Shown here in pieces: positions 1 to 10,903 of a DNA stretch of 64,000 nt. Positions within the stretch are counted from its first letter, which is position 1. Each line of letters starts with the position of its first letter. The DNA comes from an uncultured Chloroflexia bacterium (GTDB lineage Bacteria > Chloroflexota > Ktedonobacteria > Ktedonobacterales > Ktedonobacteraceae): positions 67,517 through 131,516 of the forward strand of contig CAVYFA010000001.1 in the NCBI GenBank assembly GCA_963767715.1, written 5' to 3'. The notes under the pieces were generated by a model, which saw nothing but the letters and a program-made list of their open reading frames with translations, had not been told where the DNA came from and did no database searches. Both the position numbers and the translations under genes were made by a program.

Positions 1-32
1 AGCCACCAACAGATCAACTTGTATAAATATAT

Positions 33-944
33 TTGAGAAAGCTCGACGCTATGGTAAATCTAGGACTTGATTTCTGGCTCACCCAGTGGGACTGGGAACC
101 AACTATTTTAATCGGCACCGCGCTTATCCTCGGGGTATACCTGTACGCGATCGGGCCATTCCGCGAACGGCATGGCTTCGAAAGCGTTTCGAGGGCAAAG
201 GCCCTGGCCTTTGTGCTGGGCGTCGACATTATTTTCCTTGCGCTCGTCTCGCCGCTGGATAAATTGGGTGACAAATACCTGTTCAGCGCGCACATGGTGC
301 AGCACCTGCTGCTCACGATAGTCGGGCCGATGCTCATGGTCATCGGCACACCGGAGTGGTTCCTGCGCCCCATTGTGCGCAATAAGGTGTTGTTCGCCAT
401 CGCGCGCTTCCTCACCTACCCGGCTGTCGCGTTCGTGTTGTTCAACGGTGACTTTTTCCTGTGGCACGCCCCGGCCCTCTACGACGCTACACTGATAAAC
501 AGCACGCTGCACATCTTCGAGCATCTCACCTTCATCATTTTCGGCATACTCTTCTGGTGGCCGTTGCTCAGCCCCTCGAAGGACCTGCCGCGCCTCTCCA
601 TCGGAGGCCAGGTTCTCTATCTCTTCTTTGGCGGCATGCCATCCGTGCTACTCGGCGCGGGCCTGACCTTCGCGCCGCCGCTCTACACGCCCTATATCGC
701 CGCCCCGCGCGTCTGGGGCATCTCCGCCGCCACCGATCAGCAGCTAGGCGGGCTCATCATGTGGGTACCGGTGAACATCTCCTACATCATCGTCATGAGC
801 GTGCTGTTCCTGCGCTGGATGCAGAAGAAAGAGATGGAGCAGGCGACAAAGGAAAGGGAGATGTGGGAGCAGCAAGATGCAAAGGAAGCAACCGAGCCAG
901 GGCGACCGCAAGGGTACGCCCCTACCATGCCCGAAACGAACTGA
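33..944 (+). CDS. Polytopic membrane protein, CtaG-like cytochrome c oxidase (caa3) assembly factor; the 3' end overlaps a palindromic repeat element
   Basis: 303-aa ORF with multiple hydrophobic helices and the N-terminal pattern 'WLTQWDWEPT' typical of Caa3_CtaG-family proteins. The last ~14 codons are encoded by the repeat at 901-989. Confidence 0.45.
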   Translation: MRKLDAMVNLGLDFWLTQWDWEPTILIGTALILGVYLYAIGPFRERHGFESVSRAKALAFVLGVDIIFLALVSPLDKLGDKYLFSAHMVQHLLLTIVGPMLMVIGTPEWFLRPIVRNKVLFAIARFLTYPAVAFVLFNGDFFLWHAPALYDATLINSTLHIFEHLTFIIFGILFWWPLLSPSKDLPRLSIGGQVLYLFFGGMPSVLLGAGLTFAPPLYTPYIAAPRVWGISAATDQQLGGLIMWVPVNISYIIVMSVLFLRWMQKKEMEQATKEREMWEQQDAKEATEPGRPQGYAPTMPETN

Positions 945-989
945 CAGGTCTTAGACCGAGTATGGTAGAGGCGTACCCTTGCGGTCGCC
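901..989. repeat. Palindromic intergenic repeat element (arms GGCGACCGCAAGGGTACGCCCCTACCAT / ATGGTAGAGGCGTACCCTTGCGGTCGCC); same family as the 23040-23150 and 29176-29205 copies
   Basis: Direct reading: ~28-bp inverted arms separated by a ~33-nt loop. The core GGTAGGGGCGACCCTYGCGGTCGC recurs at two other intergenic loci. Confidence 0.6.
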
Positions 990-1097
990 CTTCAACCTCC
1001 CTTATCGCCACACTGGCCTGACCATGCTATAATGCGCCTTGAACATTTCCACTTTCTACAGAGAGCACAAGAATAAAGAAGGTGGAAGACCCTCAGC

Positions 1098-4000
1098 ATG
1101 TCGATTGGAAAGGGCTGCTGTATCATGCTCATTACACGCATCGAACTCGAGAATATCAAGAGTTATCGTCATCTCACTATCGATTTCAGGCGCGGCACCA
1201 CCGCCATCAGCGGGGCCAACGGCGCGGGCAAGACCACGCTGGTCGAGGCCATAGGCCATGCTTTATTTGATCACCTGTCATACAACCAGAGCCAGTTTAT
1301 ACGTGAGGGCGAGAAGTCCGGCAAGGTCGTCGTTCACCTGACCGGTAGCGATGACCGCCCTTACGTGGTCGAACGACGCTACGGCACCTCTGCCCACTGG
1401 AGTGTGTACGACTGTGAAGCCGACGATCGCGTCGAGCAGCGCAAAGATGTACTGGACAAGTTACATGATGTTTTCGGCATCGACCACGAGCGCCCGTTGG
1501 AAAGTCTATTCCGCGATGCGCTGGGTGTACCGCAGGGTACATTTACCGCTATTTTTCTGGAACCGGCCCGCATCCGCAAGGAAACCTTCAATGCCCTGCT
1601 GCAGATGGAGGATTACGAGACCGCTTTCAAATACCTGCTGCAGGTGAGCAATCACTACAAAGAGCAGGTTCAGGAGCAGAGGAGCGAGATCCAGCGCCTG
1701 GAGATCGAGACGCGCGAACTTCCCGAATGGCGCGCGGCGCTGAAGGCCAGGCGTGAAGAGGATGAGCAAAAGAAGCAGCAGAACGTGCAATTTACCGAGA
1801 GACTCGTAGTATGCGAAGCGCGCAGCCTGGTGCTCAAGCAGCAGCGCGAACAGCTCAACACGGCGCAGGCAGCTTATGTACAGCAGCAAACAAACGCCTC
1901 ACACGCCCGGCAACTGCTGGACAATAGCGAGCATTTGCTGCGGGATGCTCAGCAGGCGCAGCAGGCTATCGAGGGCAGCGAGGCAGATTACATGCGCTAC
2001 ACCCAGGCCGACTTGCTTTTGCAACAACTGCGCCAGGATGAGCGCAGGCGCAACGGGCTTTTGACGCAATCCAACGAATTATCGCATACGCTCGCCACGA
2101 TCGAGGCCAATATTCGCAATACGCAGGCGCACCTGCGCGATGTCGAAGTCGCACGCATTCGACTCGCCGAAATTATGCCCCTGGTGGAACAGCAGTATGA
2201 GATGGAAAACCGGCGCGATGCCCTGCAGCGGCAGGTACTCCAGTACGATGGGCTGGTCAAAGACATCAAACGCCTGGATGGGCAGCAGGTCAGCTTCCAG
2301 CAGAAAATCGATGGGCTCCAGCGCAGCATTGCAAGCATCGAACCTTTGCAGCAACTGGCCGCCCAGTTCAACGAGCGCCAGGAACGCTACACTGCTTTGC
2401 AGGTGCAGGCATCCGAGCGCAGCACAAAAAGACGCAGTTTCACCGAAAAAAGCGACCTGCTTCAGAAGAAGCTGGACGAAAAAGAACAGACCGCCTCAAA
2501 CCTGCGCAAAGCGGAAGATTTTCTGGTGGCACTGGAAGAACACCGCGCGGAAGCTGAGGAGATGCCCGCCTTGCAAAACCAGTCGCTCGATCTCACGGCG
2601 CAGATCAACCGGCTGGAGGGCAACATCAATGGCTATAGGAGATCTCGTAAGCTTTCTGCCGGGGGCCAGTGTCCCCTGCTGCACGAACCATGCCAGAATA
2701 TCAAGGCACGCGGGCTGGTGAGCCTGGAATTTTATTTCGACGACGAGATCAAGCGCGACCAGGCCGAAGTGGCCACGCTCACAGAGCAGTTGACAGCCGT
2801 TGACAGGCGCATGGGCCAGGTGAAATTATACGCCGACAAGTTAAGCCAGATCGGCTTCTATACCGAAAAGCGCGATGGGTATGCCGACAAACTGAGGCAA
2901 CTGGCGCACGAAATCACCCACCTGGAACGCGAGGTGAGCGATCTGCAGGCCGACCTGGATGCGCTCAAGAACATCGATGCGCAGATTACCCAGGCCAGGA
3001 AGGAACAGGAAGAGAGCCAGCGCGCCGATACCCAGGTGCGCACACTACCCAGCCTCTACCAGCAGGTGGAGGAGCTGCAGGCGCAGCTCGAACAGGCCAT
3101 CGCCGATATTCGAGAGCGCGGGCAGCAGGCTGAGGAATTGCGCGATAGCGCGGCGCAATTAGAGCAAGTCAAGCAAGAACTGGCACAACTCAACGACCCG
3201 CGTTCGCAGAGCAAGGTGCAGCAGGCTATCATTCAGCGCGAGGCCGAGTACCAGGGCCAACTGCGCCAGGAGCAGGAGAAACAGCAGCAGATCAAGCAGC
3301 GCCTGCAGGGGCTACAGCAACAGTTGGTGCAGTACAGGGACCTCGATGCTCACATCAGCGAGCAGGATGCTATCCGCCAGATGTGCCAGCAGGGATATAA
3401 CACGTACCTCAAGAACCAGGACATCGCTCACCAGCTCCCCGAACGCAGGCAGGCCTACCAGCGACGCGCTGCGCAACTCGGAACAGGCAACGCGAGATTT
3501 GCAAGCCGCTGAAATGGCCTTCAGAGAGGCAAAAGCTGCCTTCAACGAGGAGGAGCAGGTAGCCATCGAGCAGGAGATCTCATTCCTGAACCGCGAGATT
3601 TCGGCGATTGCGCGAGAGTTGAGCAATCTGCAGGAGAAAATCAACGATCTCGTGCAGAAGATCGAACACGCCGAGGCGCTGCGCATCGAACTGGAAGCGG
3701 CTGAGCAGGAGAAACACACGCTTGAAGACCTGACCAGGATGGTTGAACACTTCCGCAAGATCATCAAAGAGGCAGCGCCGTTCGTCTTGAAAGCCATGCT
3801 CACCGATATTTCGAGCGAGGCCAACCGCATCTTCAGCGAGATTATGGGCGACCGCAGCGCGCAGTTGACCTGGGAGCTGGATTACGAGGTCGTGCTGCGC
3901 CGCCAGGGCGTCGCCCGTACTTTCGCACAGTTGAGCGGCGGCGAGCAGATGAGCGCGGCGCTCGCCATCCGCCTGGCGCTGCTCAAAAAGCTCTCCACGC

Positions 4001-4242
4001 TGAACATCGCCTTCTTCGACGAGCCGACGCAGAACATGGATGAACTGCGCCGCATCAACCTGGCGGACCAGATTCGACGCGTGCGCGGCTTCGATCAGCT
4101 CATCGTCATCAGCCACGACGACACTTTCGAGCAGAGCCTGGACAGCATTGTACGCCTGCGCAAGAAGGACGGGGAGACGCGGCTGGTGACGGAGGATGAG
4201 GTGATGAGTGAGAGAGAGCAGGTCACTGTACATGCTTCATAA
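1098..4242 (+). CDS. sbcC: SbcC/Rad50-family DNA repair ATPase (~1045 aa) with a coiled coil and a CxxC zinc hook; split by one frameshift near 3460-3475
   Basis: N-terminal Walker A 'ISGANGAGKTTLVEAIGHALF'. Long Q/E/R-rich coiled coil. Central 'GGQCPLLHEPCQ' hook. The C-terminal ORF (3346-4242) carries the ABC signature 'LSGGEQMSAALAIRLALL', Walker B 'IAFFDEPTQNMD' and a D-loop/H-loop 'LIVISHDDTF'. The two ORFs are in different frames and overlap at 3346-3512. Confidence 0.8.
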
Positions 4243-5500
4243 AGGCAAACTCCAGGTGGCCCTGAATGCCAAACGGGGCCAATTCAGCGCCGACAACGGC
4301 ATGTTCTACGAGCAATTGCAGGCCTATCGCGACGCGCTCGAGACGCTTTACCTCAATTATGCTTCGGGTGAGCAGTTGGAGCAGCAATTGCCGCCCGCTG
4401 AAAGCAAGGTCTCGGCTGGTGCGCGGCCCAGCAGCATCGAATTTGATCGCTGGCTGGTCGGGGCTGCCTTCAGCGACTACCACGGTCCACTCTTCCCCTT
4501 CGGACGCGAGTTCGCCAATCACGAGCAGGCCCGCGAATGGGCCGAATGCATCGAGGGCATCACCACGCTGGCCGTCGATGGCAGCCAGTTGCAGCCCTGG
4601 CGCGACGCCTCGATCCCGGTGGCGCTGATCCAGATCGGACTGTTCGCCAACCCGCATTTACAGGGCAAGCCCTACACCAAAGATGTGCAGATGGAGGTGC
4701 TGGCGCCCGGCGAGATCATGGAACAGTCGCGCGTCGAAGAGAAGGACCCGGACAGCTACCCCTATTCGGAAATGGAGGTCACGCTGCGCCGCTATACGCT
4801 CGAAGCCGAGACACTCTGCCGCCAGATGGAGCAGTACGCGCGCACCAGGCGTGGTAACGATCCGGCCTACAGCCCGGTGGTCTTCTTCGATGGCTCGCTG
4901 GTGGTCTCCTTCGCCCTGACGATGCCCAGCCCCTACCGCGAGCGCTACATCGCCTCCGCCGTCTCGCTGCTGAAAACATCGGAGCGCTGCCGCGTCCCCC
5001 TGATCGGCTACATCGATACGAGCTATGCCCGCGACATCATCACCATGCTGCTGCGCCTCGACAGGATGCAGCCCCAGCCGCGCCTGCGCGAGACGAAGAA
5101 GATTCACGACGTCCTGCTCTGGAAGGACTCGATGCGCTGGGGAGACCGCACGCCCGCCATGATCTGCGCGCGTGGCGACGTGCTGGCCGACTACGGCGAG
5201 TACCGCGACAGCGTGGCCTTCTGCTACCTGAAAACAACCGCCACGCAACCACCCGCCCGCCTGGAATTCCCGCGCTGGCTGCTCGACGACGGCCTCCTCG
5301 ACCCCGTGCTGGACGTGGTGCGCGCCGAAGTCATCGCCGGCAACGGCTATCCCTACGCCATCGAAACCGCTGACGCGGTGTCCGTCATCACCCAGCAGGA
5401 CCGAATGGAGTTCTATGCACACTTCCAGGAATTCATGGAAAAGCAGGGGATGGAATTTTCGTTTTCACGCAAGGCGATAAGCAAGAGCCGAAGGAGGTAA
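4208..5500 (+). CDS. Hypothetical protein, possibly a NurA-like nuclease partner of the Rad50-like ATPase (the start is more likely the ATG at 4232)
   Basis: Overlaps the sbcC stop by a few nt, suggesting translational coupling. It contains 'LAVDGSQLQP' and 'VVFFDGSLVV' motifs reminiscent of the NurA catalytic DGS motifs. There is no metallophosphatase (SbcD) signature. Confidence 0.35.
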   Translation: MRESRSLYMLHKGKLQVALNAKRGQFSADNGMFYEQLQAYRDALETLYLNYASGEQLEQQLPPAESKVSAGARPSSIEFDRWLVGAAFSDYHGPLFPFGREFANHEQAREWAECIEGITTLAVDGSQLQPWRDASIPVALIQIGLFANPHLQGKPYTKDVQMEVLAPGEIMEQSRVEEKDPDSYPYSEMEVTLRRYTLEAETLCRQMEQYARTRRGNDPAYSPVVFFDGSLVVSFALTMPSPYRERYIASAVSLLKTSERCRVPLIGYIDTSYARDIITMLLRLDRMQPQPRLRETKKIHDVLLWKDSMRWGDRTPAMICARGDVLADYGEYRDSVAFCYLKTTATQPPARLEFPRWLLDDGLLDPVLDVVRAEVIAGNGYPYAIETADAVSVITQQDRMEFYAHFQEFMEKQGMEFSFSRKAISKSRRR

Positions 5501-5506
5501 AATGCC

Positions 5507-7234
5507 CTATTCATGTGAATTGGGCCTTAGTCCTTCGTTTTCCTTGAGTTTACTACGAATTTTACTTCTTGCTTGAGATGTGCGAGCAAAGATATATGTG
5601 CTATGACCTTCTTCGTCTTTGTTGACATCAAGCCAACCAGGATTTGGCCCAGGCCTTGGGCGAGAAGCTATAAGTTCTACGATTTCACCGTTATTCATGT
5701 GATAATCCAAGCGTACAATATGCCCATCGACTTTTGCACCCGTATACCGGTGTCCAAGATCAGTATGAATACGATAAGCAAAATCGAGAGGGGTTGAGCC
5801 CTTTGGGAAATCCAGGACATGTCCCTGCGGGGTAATCACATAAATCCGATCTTTCAGCAAGCCTTGTTGTAGTAGGTCTTTAGCTTCTTGCTGATTATTT
5901 ATATTTTTCCGCAGTTCAACCAGTTGCTTCCCCCAATTAACCTCTCTTGCTTTTGTAACCCTAGGAGTCTTACCTTTTCGATATATTTTCGGATCCTTAT
6001 AACGCCAGTGTTCAGCGGCAGCTCCAAATTCCGCCGTTTCGTGCATTTGCCGGGTACGAATTTGTATTTCTACAATTTTTCCCTCAATTTCAACAGTTGT
6101 GTGAAGGGATTGATACCCGTTCTCCTTCGGATGAGTTATCCAATCTCTTCCTACTTCTCCATCATAAAAGGATAAAATAGGAGGCCATTCACCAAAAACA
6201 ATTTCTTGAACATCATAGCACTCCCGGATTACTTCCTTATCATCATCAAACCCTTCTGATCTATCCACAATGATGCGTATTCCCAACAGATCATTGATCT
6301 GTTCCAACGTCAATTGCTTTGCTACCATCTTTTTATAAATGCCATAGATGTGCTTTGCTCTACCATTAACTTCGGCCTGAATCCCATAACCTTCGATTAG
6401 TGCTTCTATCAGGGCTATTATATTATTGACAGACCGCTCCCGCTCTCCCTTTCTTGCAGCGAGTTGGTCGGCTATAGCTCTATATGTCTCCCGGTCGAGC
6501 AATCTGAAGGACATATCTTCCAATTCTGACTTGAGTTGCCATAATCCCAGCCTGTCTGCCAGAGGAGCATAGACTGCCAACGTTATATGTGCCAGGCGAG
6601 AACAGTAAATTGCTCTCTTTTCCTCATCGGTGAGATATTTCAGGGATTTCATGAAGTATAGGCGCTCAGCAAGATTAATGATGAGCGCTCGAACATCAGT
6701 AACATTAGCAAGAAACATCCGAATAATATTCTCAACTTGCTTCTCTCGCTTCTGAAAATGAACCGCTTTTAGTAAGTTTTGCTCTGGATCTCCACTTTCT
6801 GCTCCCTCAATAGTTAGCAGATACATCTTTAGTAAGACTTCTTTTCTTACTCTAGCCTCTTTACCTTCTGAATGGTTAGGCCAGACATCCAATTCAAGAC
6901 CACTTACCGAGAATAGTTCTTCTACAAGCCGAACTAGCTCTAGTTGATCTGAGAAAATAGACTTGAGATCATCAAGAATGTCAGCATATTGTGGCAAGGG
7001 AGGATTGACAATGGTAGCAGCAACAACGATAGGGACAGAGCCAAGATCAACCAGTATCTTTGCAACTCGCAACATATATTCCAGGTAAGGTTTCCCCGTT
7101 GGATGCCGAGAAGAACCATAGTGACTTTCTGCAAAATCCCATGCCCGTCTAATAAGGTCTCTCTCATCAGGGAAGCACTTTAGGATATCTTCTATTAACT
7201 GTTCACTAGGCGCATAAATCTCTGTCGACATCAA
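5507..7234 (-). CDS. Short RelA/SpoT homologue (HD hydrolase + (p)ppGpp synthetase + TGS, no ACT) on an AT-rich island
   Basis: HD region 'HPTGKPYLEYMLRVAKILVDLG'. Synthetase motifs 'RAKHIYGIYKKMV', 'GIRIIVD', 'GYQSLHTTVEIEGKIVEIQIRTRQMHETAEFG'. TGS 'IYVITPQGHVLDFPKGSTPLDFAYRIHTDLGHRYTGAKVDG'. Local GC is clearly lower than the flanks. Confidence 0.85.
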   Translation of the reverse strand: MMSTEIYAPSEQLIEDILKCFPDERDLIRRAWDFAESHYGSSRHPTGKPYLEYMLRVAKILVDLGSVPIVVAATIVNPPLPQYADILDDLKSIFSDQLELVRLVEELFSVSGLELDVWPNHSEGKEARVRKEVLLKMYLLTIEGAESGDPEQNLLKAVHFQKREKQVENIIRMFLANVTDVRALIINLAERLYFMKSLKYLTDEEKRAIYCSRLAHITLAVYAPLADRLGLWQLKSELEDMSFRLLDRETYRAIADQLAARKGERERSVNNIIALIEALIEGYGIQAEVNGRAKHIYGIYKKMVAKQLTLEQINDLLGIRIIVDRSEGFDDDKEVIRECYDVQEIVFGEWPPILSFYDGEVGRDWITHPKENGYQSLHTTVEIEGKIVEIQIRTRQMHETAEFGAAAEHWRYKDPKIYRKGKTPRVTKAREVNWGKQLVELRKNINNQQEAKDLLQQGLLKDRIYVITPQGHVLDFPKGSTPLDFAYRIHTDLGHRYTGAKVDGHIVRLDYHMNNGEIVELIASRPRPGPNPGWLDVNKDEEGHSTYIFARTSQARSKIRSKLKENEGLRPNSHE

Positions 7235-8100
7235 ACCCTCCCAACAACCTCGTTACTTACAGAAAAAGAGCGCTTCGATAGATCATCGAATAACCGCTCA
7301 AGACCTACAAATAGCGGATTTCCATCTCGCTTGATTTGTAACATCTTCGCATAATGATCGTTCTTTGGACCTCCTCCAGCGAAGGAACTAACAAACATTA
7401 CATCATCAAACAGGAGTATCTTAAAATTAGGTGGCTCATCATAGCATTTGACCTCAAAGTTCCTAACGAGGCTCGTCAGATGCCTTAAGTAATCTACTAC
7501 TATGCGCATTTTATTCCTGATCTCCTCTGCCAATTCATGGTCGAGGTTGGTAGCCAGGTCATCCGATATGTGCTTGGAATCAGGACTCAGCACCAAAACC
7601 TCAATTGTGGCATCCTTGGGTCGTTTCGAAGTATATAGGGGATAAAGAAAGCTATTAGGCCCCAGGAAATATTTTTCACCTCGAATCGTCAGAACCTTGA
7701 CTTTCTTAGCGTTGCGGGCGGCTTCCCGTATGTGTGGCTCGCACGCTGCCTGATTCATGAACTCCACCACAGAGCTACTTTCCTCAAGCTGGACGCCAGC
7801 GTTTTCAAGCAGGAGTCGATCCACGATTTTCGCTTTGAAGGCCAACTTCTCTTTATCAGCTTCATTCTCCCCCACGTCTAAAGCTTGATCGAGAAATCGT
7901 TCTGTCAACTTCCTGCGAAACTTAGGGTAAGTATTTCTCGCAACTAGGAAAATTAGCGCAAAAGCAAAGAGAATGATACCACTAACCACAGATAATTTAG
8001 TGCCAAGGCCCAGGGTTTGTAATACAAAACCAACAGTAGTTGATAGCATGGTAGAGAAGATGGTTGCTATCAGATTCTCAAGTACACTACTCATTTGCAC
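7231..8100 (-). CDS. Membrane protein (2 N-terminal TM helices + ~220-aa cytoplasmic domain) that is translationally coupled upstream of the short RSH
   Basis: ATGA overlap with the RSH start at 7231-7234. Hydrophobic N-terminus 'LIATIFSTMLSTTVGFVLQTLGLGTKLSVVSGIILFAFALIFLV'. AT-rich codon usage matches the RSH gene. Confidence 0.5.
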   Translation of the reverse strand: MQMSSVLENLIATIFSTMLSTTVGFVLQTLGLGTKLSVVSGIILFAFALIFLVARNTYPKFRRKLTERFLDQALDVGENEADKEKLAFKAKIVDRLLLENAGVQLEESSSVVEFMNQAACEPHIREAARNAKKVKVLTIRGEKYFLGPNSFLYPLYTSKRPKDATIEVLVLSPDSKHISDDLATNLDHELAEEIRNKMRIVVDYLRHLTSLVRNFEVKCYDEPPNFKILLFDDVMFVSSFAGGGPKNDHYAKMLQIKRDGNPLFVGLERLFDDLSKRSFSVSNEVVGRV

Positions 8101-8382
8101 CTCGCGCTCTTGATATCCTGAACTGCTATATTAGATCCTCCGTACTCTCCACTCATCAATAGTGAAGTATATACTTTTAATGTACAAAATGCAACAAGAA
8201 AGCAGTAAATGGATACTCATTACTTTCAAACAAATGTTCCAGGTATCGTGTATTAGAGAGAGTAATACACCAAGTAGTACTTTAACATCTTCTACATTTG
8301 CAGTTATATAGACGTAGAAACTTAAAATAATACAAATTAATAGGTGATTCGTCCTATTCATCTAAATGTTTGAATTTTCCTC

Positions 8383-9135
8383 TTGCCTTCGTTAATGTGT
8401 TATACTTTCTCCAACATAATTTTGTCGATTACTGTATACTCTAGAACCAACCCTATGTCTCGTTCAACAACCTTACGGCTCGCCTGCTCCTGCGGGGAGC
8501 CGGTAACGATCACCATCTATGATTACGTCAATGTCGCACAGGACCCACAACTGCGCTATACAGTGCTGGTGGGACTGCTGAATACAACCGTCTGCCCGAA
8601 TTGCGGCCGGCGCACGGCGCTTGCACACCCGTTCATCTACTCTGACCCGGCGCACAATCTGCTGGCCTACGTGCATCCGCGCAGCGATGCGCCGGAGGAG
8701 GCACGCCAGGTCATCCTGGAACGCCTGCGGGAAACCTATATGAACATTGTGGAGAATGAAGAGCGCAAAGGTCCATCGGCCTCAACACGCGCTAACGGTC
8801 ACAACCATGCCAGTTCCAATGGCGCGAGCGCCTCGGGAAATGGCGCGACCACGTCAGAAATTCCGCCGTTGCAGGTCATTTTCGGCGTAGATCAACTAAG
8901 TGAAGTTATTAACGCTGTACTGAGCCAGGAAGAGCGACTCGGCAAGCTGGCTCTCAGCACGCAAAGCCGCGAAGAGGCTGAACGCGGACAAATGCTGCTG
9001 ATCGCGCGCAAGCTTGCCCAGGAGATGCAGTGCCAGGTCGAAGTGGAAGACCTGCCGGACGAATATACCGTCTGGCTATTCGGTTCGCGCCGCCAGATTG
9101 GCGCAATCATGCGCGAACTCGCCACCCGTTCGTAA
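8383..9135 (+). CDS. CpXC-domain protein (the start may be the internal Met at ~8455)
   Basis: Two Cys pairs 'CSCGEP...' and 'CPNCGRR' with the spacing and context typical of the CpXC domain. The C-terminal half is Ser/Ala/Gly-rich and acidic. Confidence 0.45.
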   Translation: MPSLMCYTFSNIILSITVYSRTNPMSRSTTLRLACSCGEPVTITIYDYVNVAQDPQLRYTVLVGLLNTTVCPNCGRRTALAHPFIYSDPAHNLLAYVHPRSDAPEEARQVILERLRETYMNIVENEERKGPSASTRANGHNHASSNGASASGNGATTSEIPPLQVIFGVDQLSEVINAVLSQEERLGKLALSTQSREEAERGQMLLIARKLAQEMQCQVEVEDLPDEYTVWLFGSRRQIGAIMRELATRS

Positions 9136-9150
9136 AACGAGGAAGAGAGA

Positions 9151-9639
9151 ATGATTACTGTTGGCGTACTCACTATCAGCGACAGCGGCGCGGTTGGCGC
9201 GCGGCAGGATACCAGCGGCGAGCATATCCGCGCGATGGTGACGGCGCAGTTGACAGGCGCAGTCATCTCGGCGGGCACGATTATCCCCGATGAGCGCGAT
9301 GTGATTGAGGGCACCCTGCGCGAGTGGAGCGATGAGAAGCAGCTCAACCTGATCCTCACCACAGGTGGCACCGGACTTGCGCCTCGCGACGTCACACCGG
9401 AGGCAACGCGCGCCATACTGGACCGCGAAGCGCCCGGCATCGCCGAGGCCATGCGCGCCACCAGCCTGCAACACACCCCTTTCGGCATGCTGTCGCGCGG
9501 CGTGGCGGGCACACGCGGGCGCACCTTGATTATCAACCTGCCAGGCAGCCCGAAAGCGGTCAGAGAATGCCTGGAATGCATTCTGCCCGTCCTGCCGCAC
9601 GCCATTAACCTGCTGACCGAGGGGCCGCGTGAGCATTGA
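9151..9639 (+). CDS. mogA: Molybdopterin adenylyltransferase MogA/MoaB family
   Basis: 'ITVGVLTISDSGA...LILTTGGTGLAPRDVTPEAT...GIAEAMR...LPGSPKAVRE' are the conserved MogA/MoaB motifs. Length is 162 aa. Confidence 0.8.
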   Translation: MITVGVLTISDSGAVGARQDTSGEHIRAMVTAQLTGAVISAGTIIPDERDVIEGTLREWSDEKQLNLILTTGGTGLAPRDVTPEATRAILDREAPGIAEAMRATSLQHTPFGMLSRGVAGTRGRTLIINLPGSPKAVRECLECILPVLPHAINLLTEGPREH

Positions 9640-9642
9640 GCT

Positions 9643-10596
9643 ATGAGCAACGACACAAGCGGCTCCGGGGATGGCAGCGACCCTCCTGAGAGCTTCACCT
9701 ATACGGGGCATAGCGACAACGTCTTCAGTGTCTCGTACTCACCCGGTGGCCAGCATATCGCCTCTGGCGCGCGCGATAGGACTGTGCACGTATGGCAGGT
9801 TTCAACAGGAGAAGACCACCTCGTCTACCGGGAACATGTTAGCCCTTTGCTTTCCGTCGCCTGGTCTCCCGATGGGCGCTATATTGCCTCCGGCGATACT
9901 CAGGGCATCGTCAATGTCTGGGATGTCTCTACAGGAAAAACCATTATCACCTACCGCGGTCATACCCGCTTAGTGCGCGGCCTTGCATGGTCGCCCGATG
10001 CCCACTACATCGCCTCCGGTGGAGATTATGGCGATAGTACGGCGCAGGTATGGGAAGCGCTCACGGGAAAGCTCGTCTACACCCATGCCCGGCAGTACCG
10101 CGTTTTCGCTGTAGGATGGGAACCTGGCGGCAAGCGAATTGCCTCGTGCAGCTTCGATGGCAGCGTACAGGTGTGGGATGCCTTCACTTGCGAACTAACC
10201 CTCACCTACCGAGAACACACCGGACCGGTCTACGCCGCCGCCTGGTCGCCTGACAGCATTGCGATTGCCTCCGGTGGGCAGGATGGCCTCGTGCGGGTAT
10301 GGGAGGCTGCCACCGGAAAGACGACGAGCACTTACGCGGGCCATACAAAAGCGGTCAAGGCGCTGGCATGGTCGCCCGACGGCCAGTACATCATTTCTGG
10401 CGGAGATGATCTGACCCTGCACATATGGCGGGCAGGTACAGGAGAACGTATAGCCCTCTATTCTGACTATACGAAATGGGTGCGATCTGTGGCATGGTCA
10501 TCGTTCGGGGATTTGGTCGCATCGGCGAGCGGCGAGATAGTCAAGATTGATTATCTATCTTTCAATCGCCCTTCAAGCCCCTTTTCAACTCGATAA
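9643..10596 (+). CDS. WD40-repeat protein (7 repeats)
   Basis: Repeated 'ASG..D.TV.VW...TG' / 'W(S/E)PDG..IASG' units throughout. It begins 4 nt after the mogA stop. Confidence 0.85.
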   Translation: MSNDTSGSGDGSDPPESFTYTGHSDNVFSVSYSPGGQHIASGARDRTVHVWQVSTGEDHLVYREHVSPLLSVAWSPDGRYIASGDTQGIVNVWDVSTGKTIITYRGHTRLVRGLAWSPDAHYIASGGDYGDSTAQVWEALTGKLVYTHARQYRVFAVGWEPGGKRIASCSFDGSVQVWDAFTCELTLTYREHTGPVYAAAWSPDSIAIASGGQDGLVRVWEAATGKTTSTYAGHTKAVKALAWSPDGQYIISGGDDLTLHIWRAGTGERIALYSDYTKWVRSVAWSSFGDLVASASGEIVKIDYLSFNRPSSPFSTR

Positions 10597-10894
10597 CAAA
10601 GCCGGCAACCCCTTCAAACCAGCTCATCTCCGGCTTGCGTTTAGGCTGTCGCTGAGCAGGGCGAGGGGAGCGCTGGCCACGCTGCGCGAACTGCGTATCG
10701 TACGCAGCGCGCTTTTGTGGGTCGCGCAGAATTTCGTAAGCCTGGTTGAGGCGCTTGATGAGGTCATCCCGGGCTTCCTTGTTCAGGTCGGGATGATGCA
10801 AGCGGGCAAGGCGGCGATAGGCGCTTTTGATTTCCTGCAGTGTCGCATCCGGCGTGACCCCCAGCATCGCATAATAATCTTGCATGTCTCTCAC
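10562..10894 (-). CDS. Small J-domain (DnaJ-like) protein
   Basis: '[33 protein letters not shown]...[18 protein letters not shown]' is a canonical J domain with HPD. It is 110 aa with no Gly/Phe or zinc-finger regions. Confidence 0.8.
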   Translation of the reverse strand: MRDMQDYYAMLGVTPDATLQEIKSAYRRLARLHHPDLNKEARDDLIKRLNQAYEILRDPQKRAAYDTQFAQRGQRSPRPAQRQPKRKPEMSWFEGVAGFVIELKRGLKGD

Positions 10895-10903
10895 TTTTTT
10901 CGC

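Noticed and set aside
5573-6175. Plus-strand ORFs (74 and 95 aa) antisense to the short RSH gene
   Set aside because: AT-rich antisense frames with Ile/Phe/Asn-rich low-complexity translation, inside a well-supported gene.
9076-9711. 211-aa minus-strand ORF antisense to mogA
   Set aside because: It lies fully antisense to a gene with clear MogA motifs. High-GC artefact.
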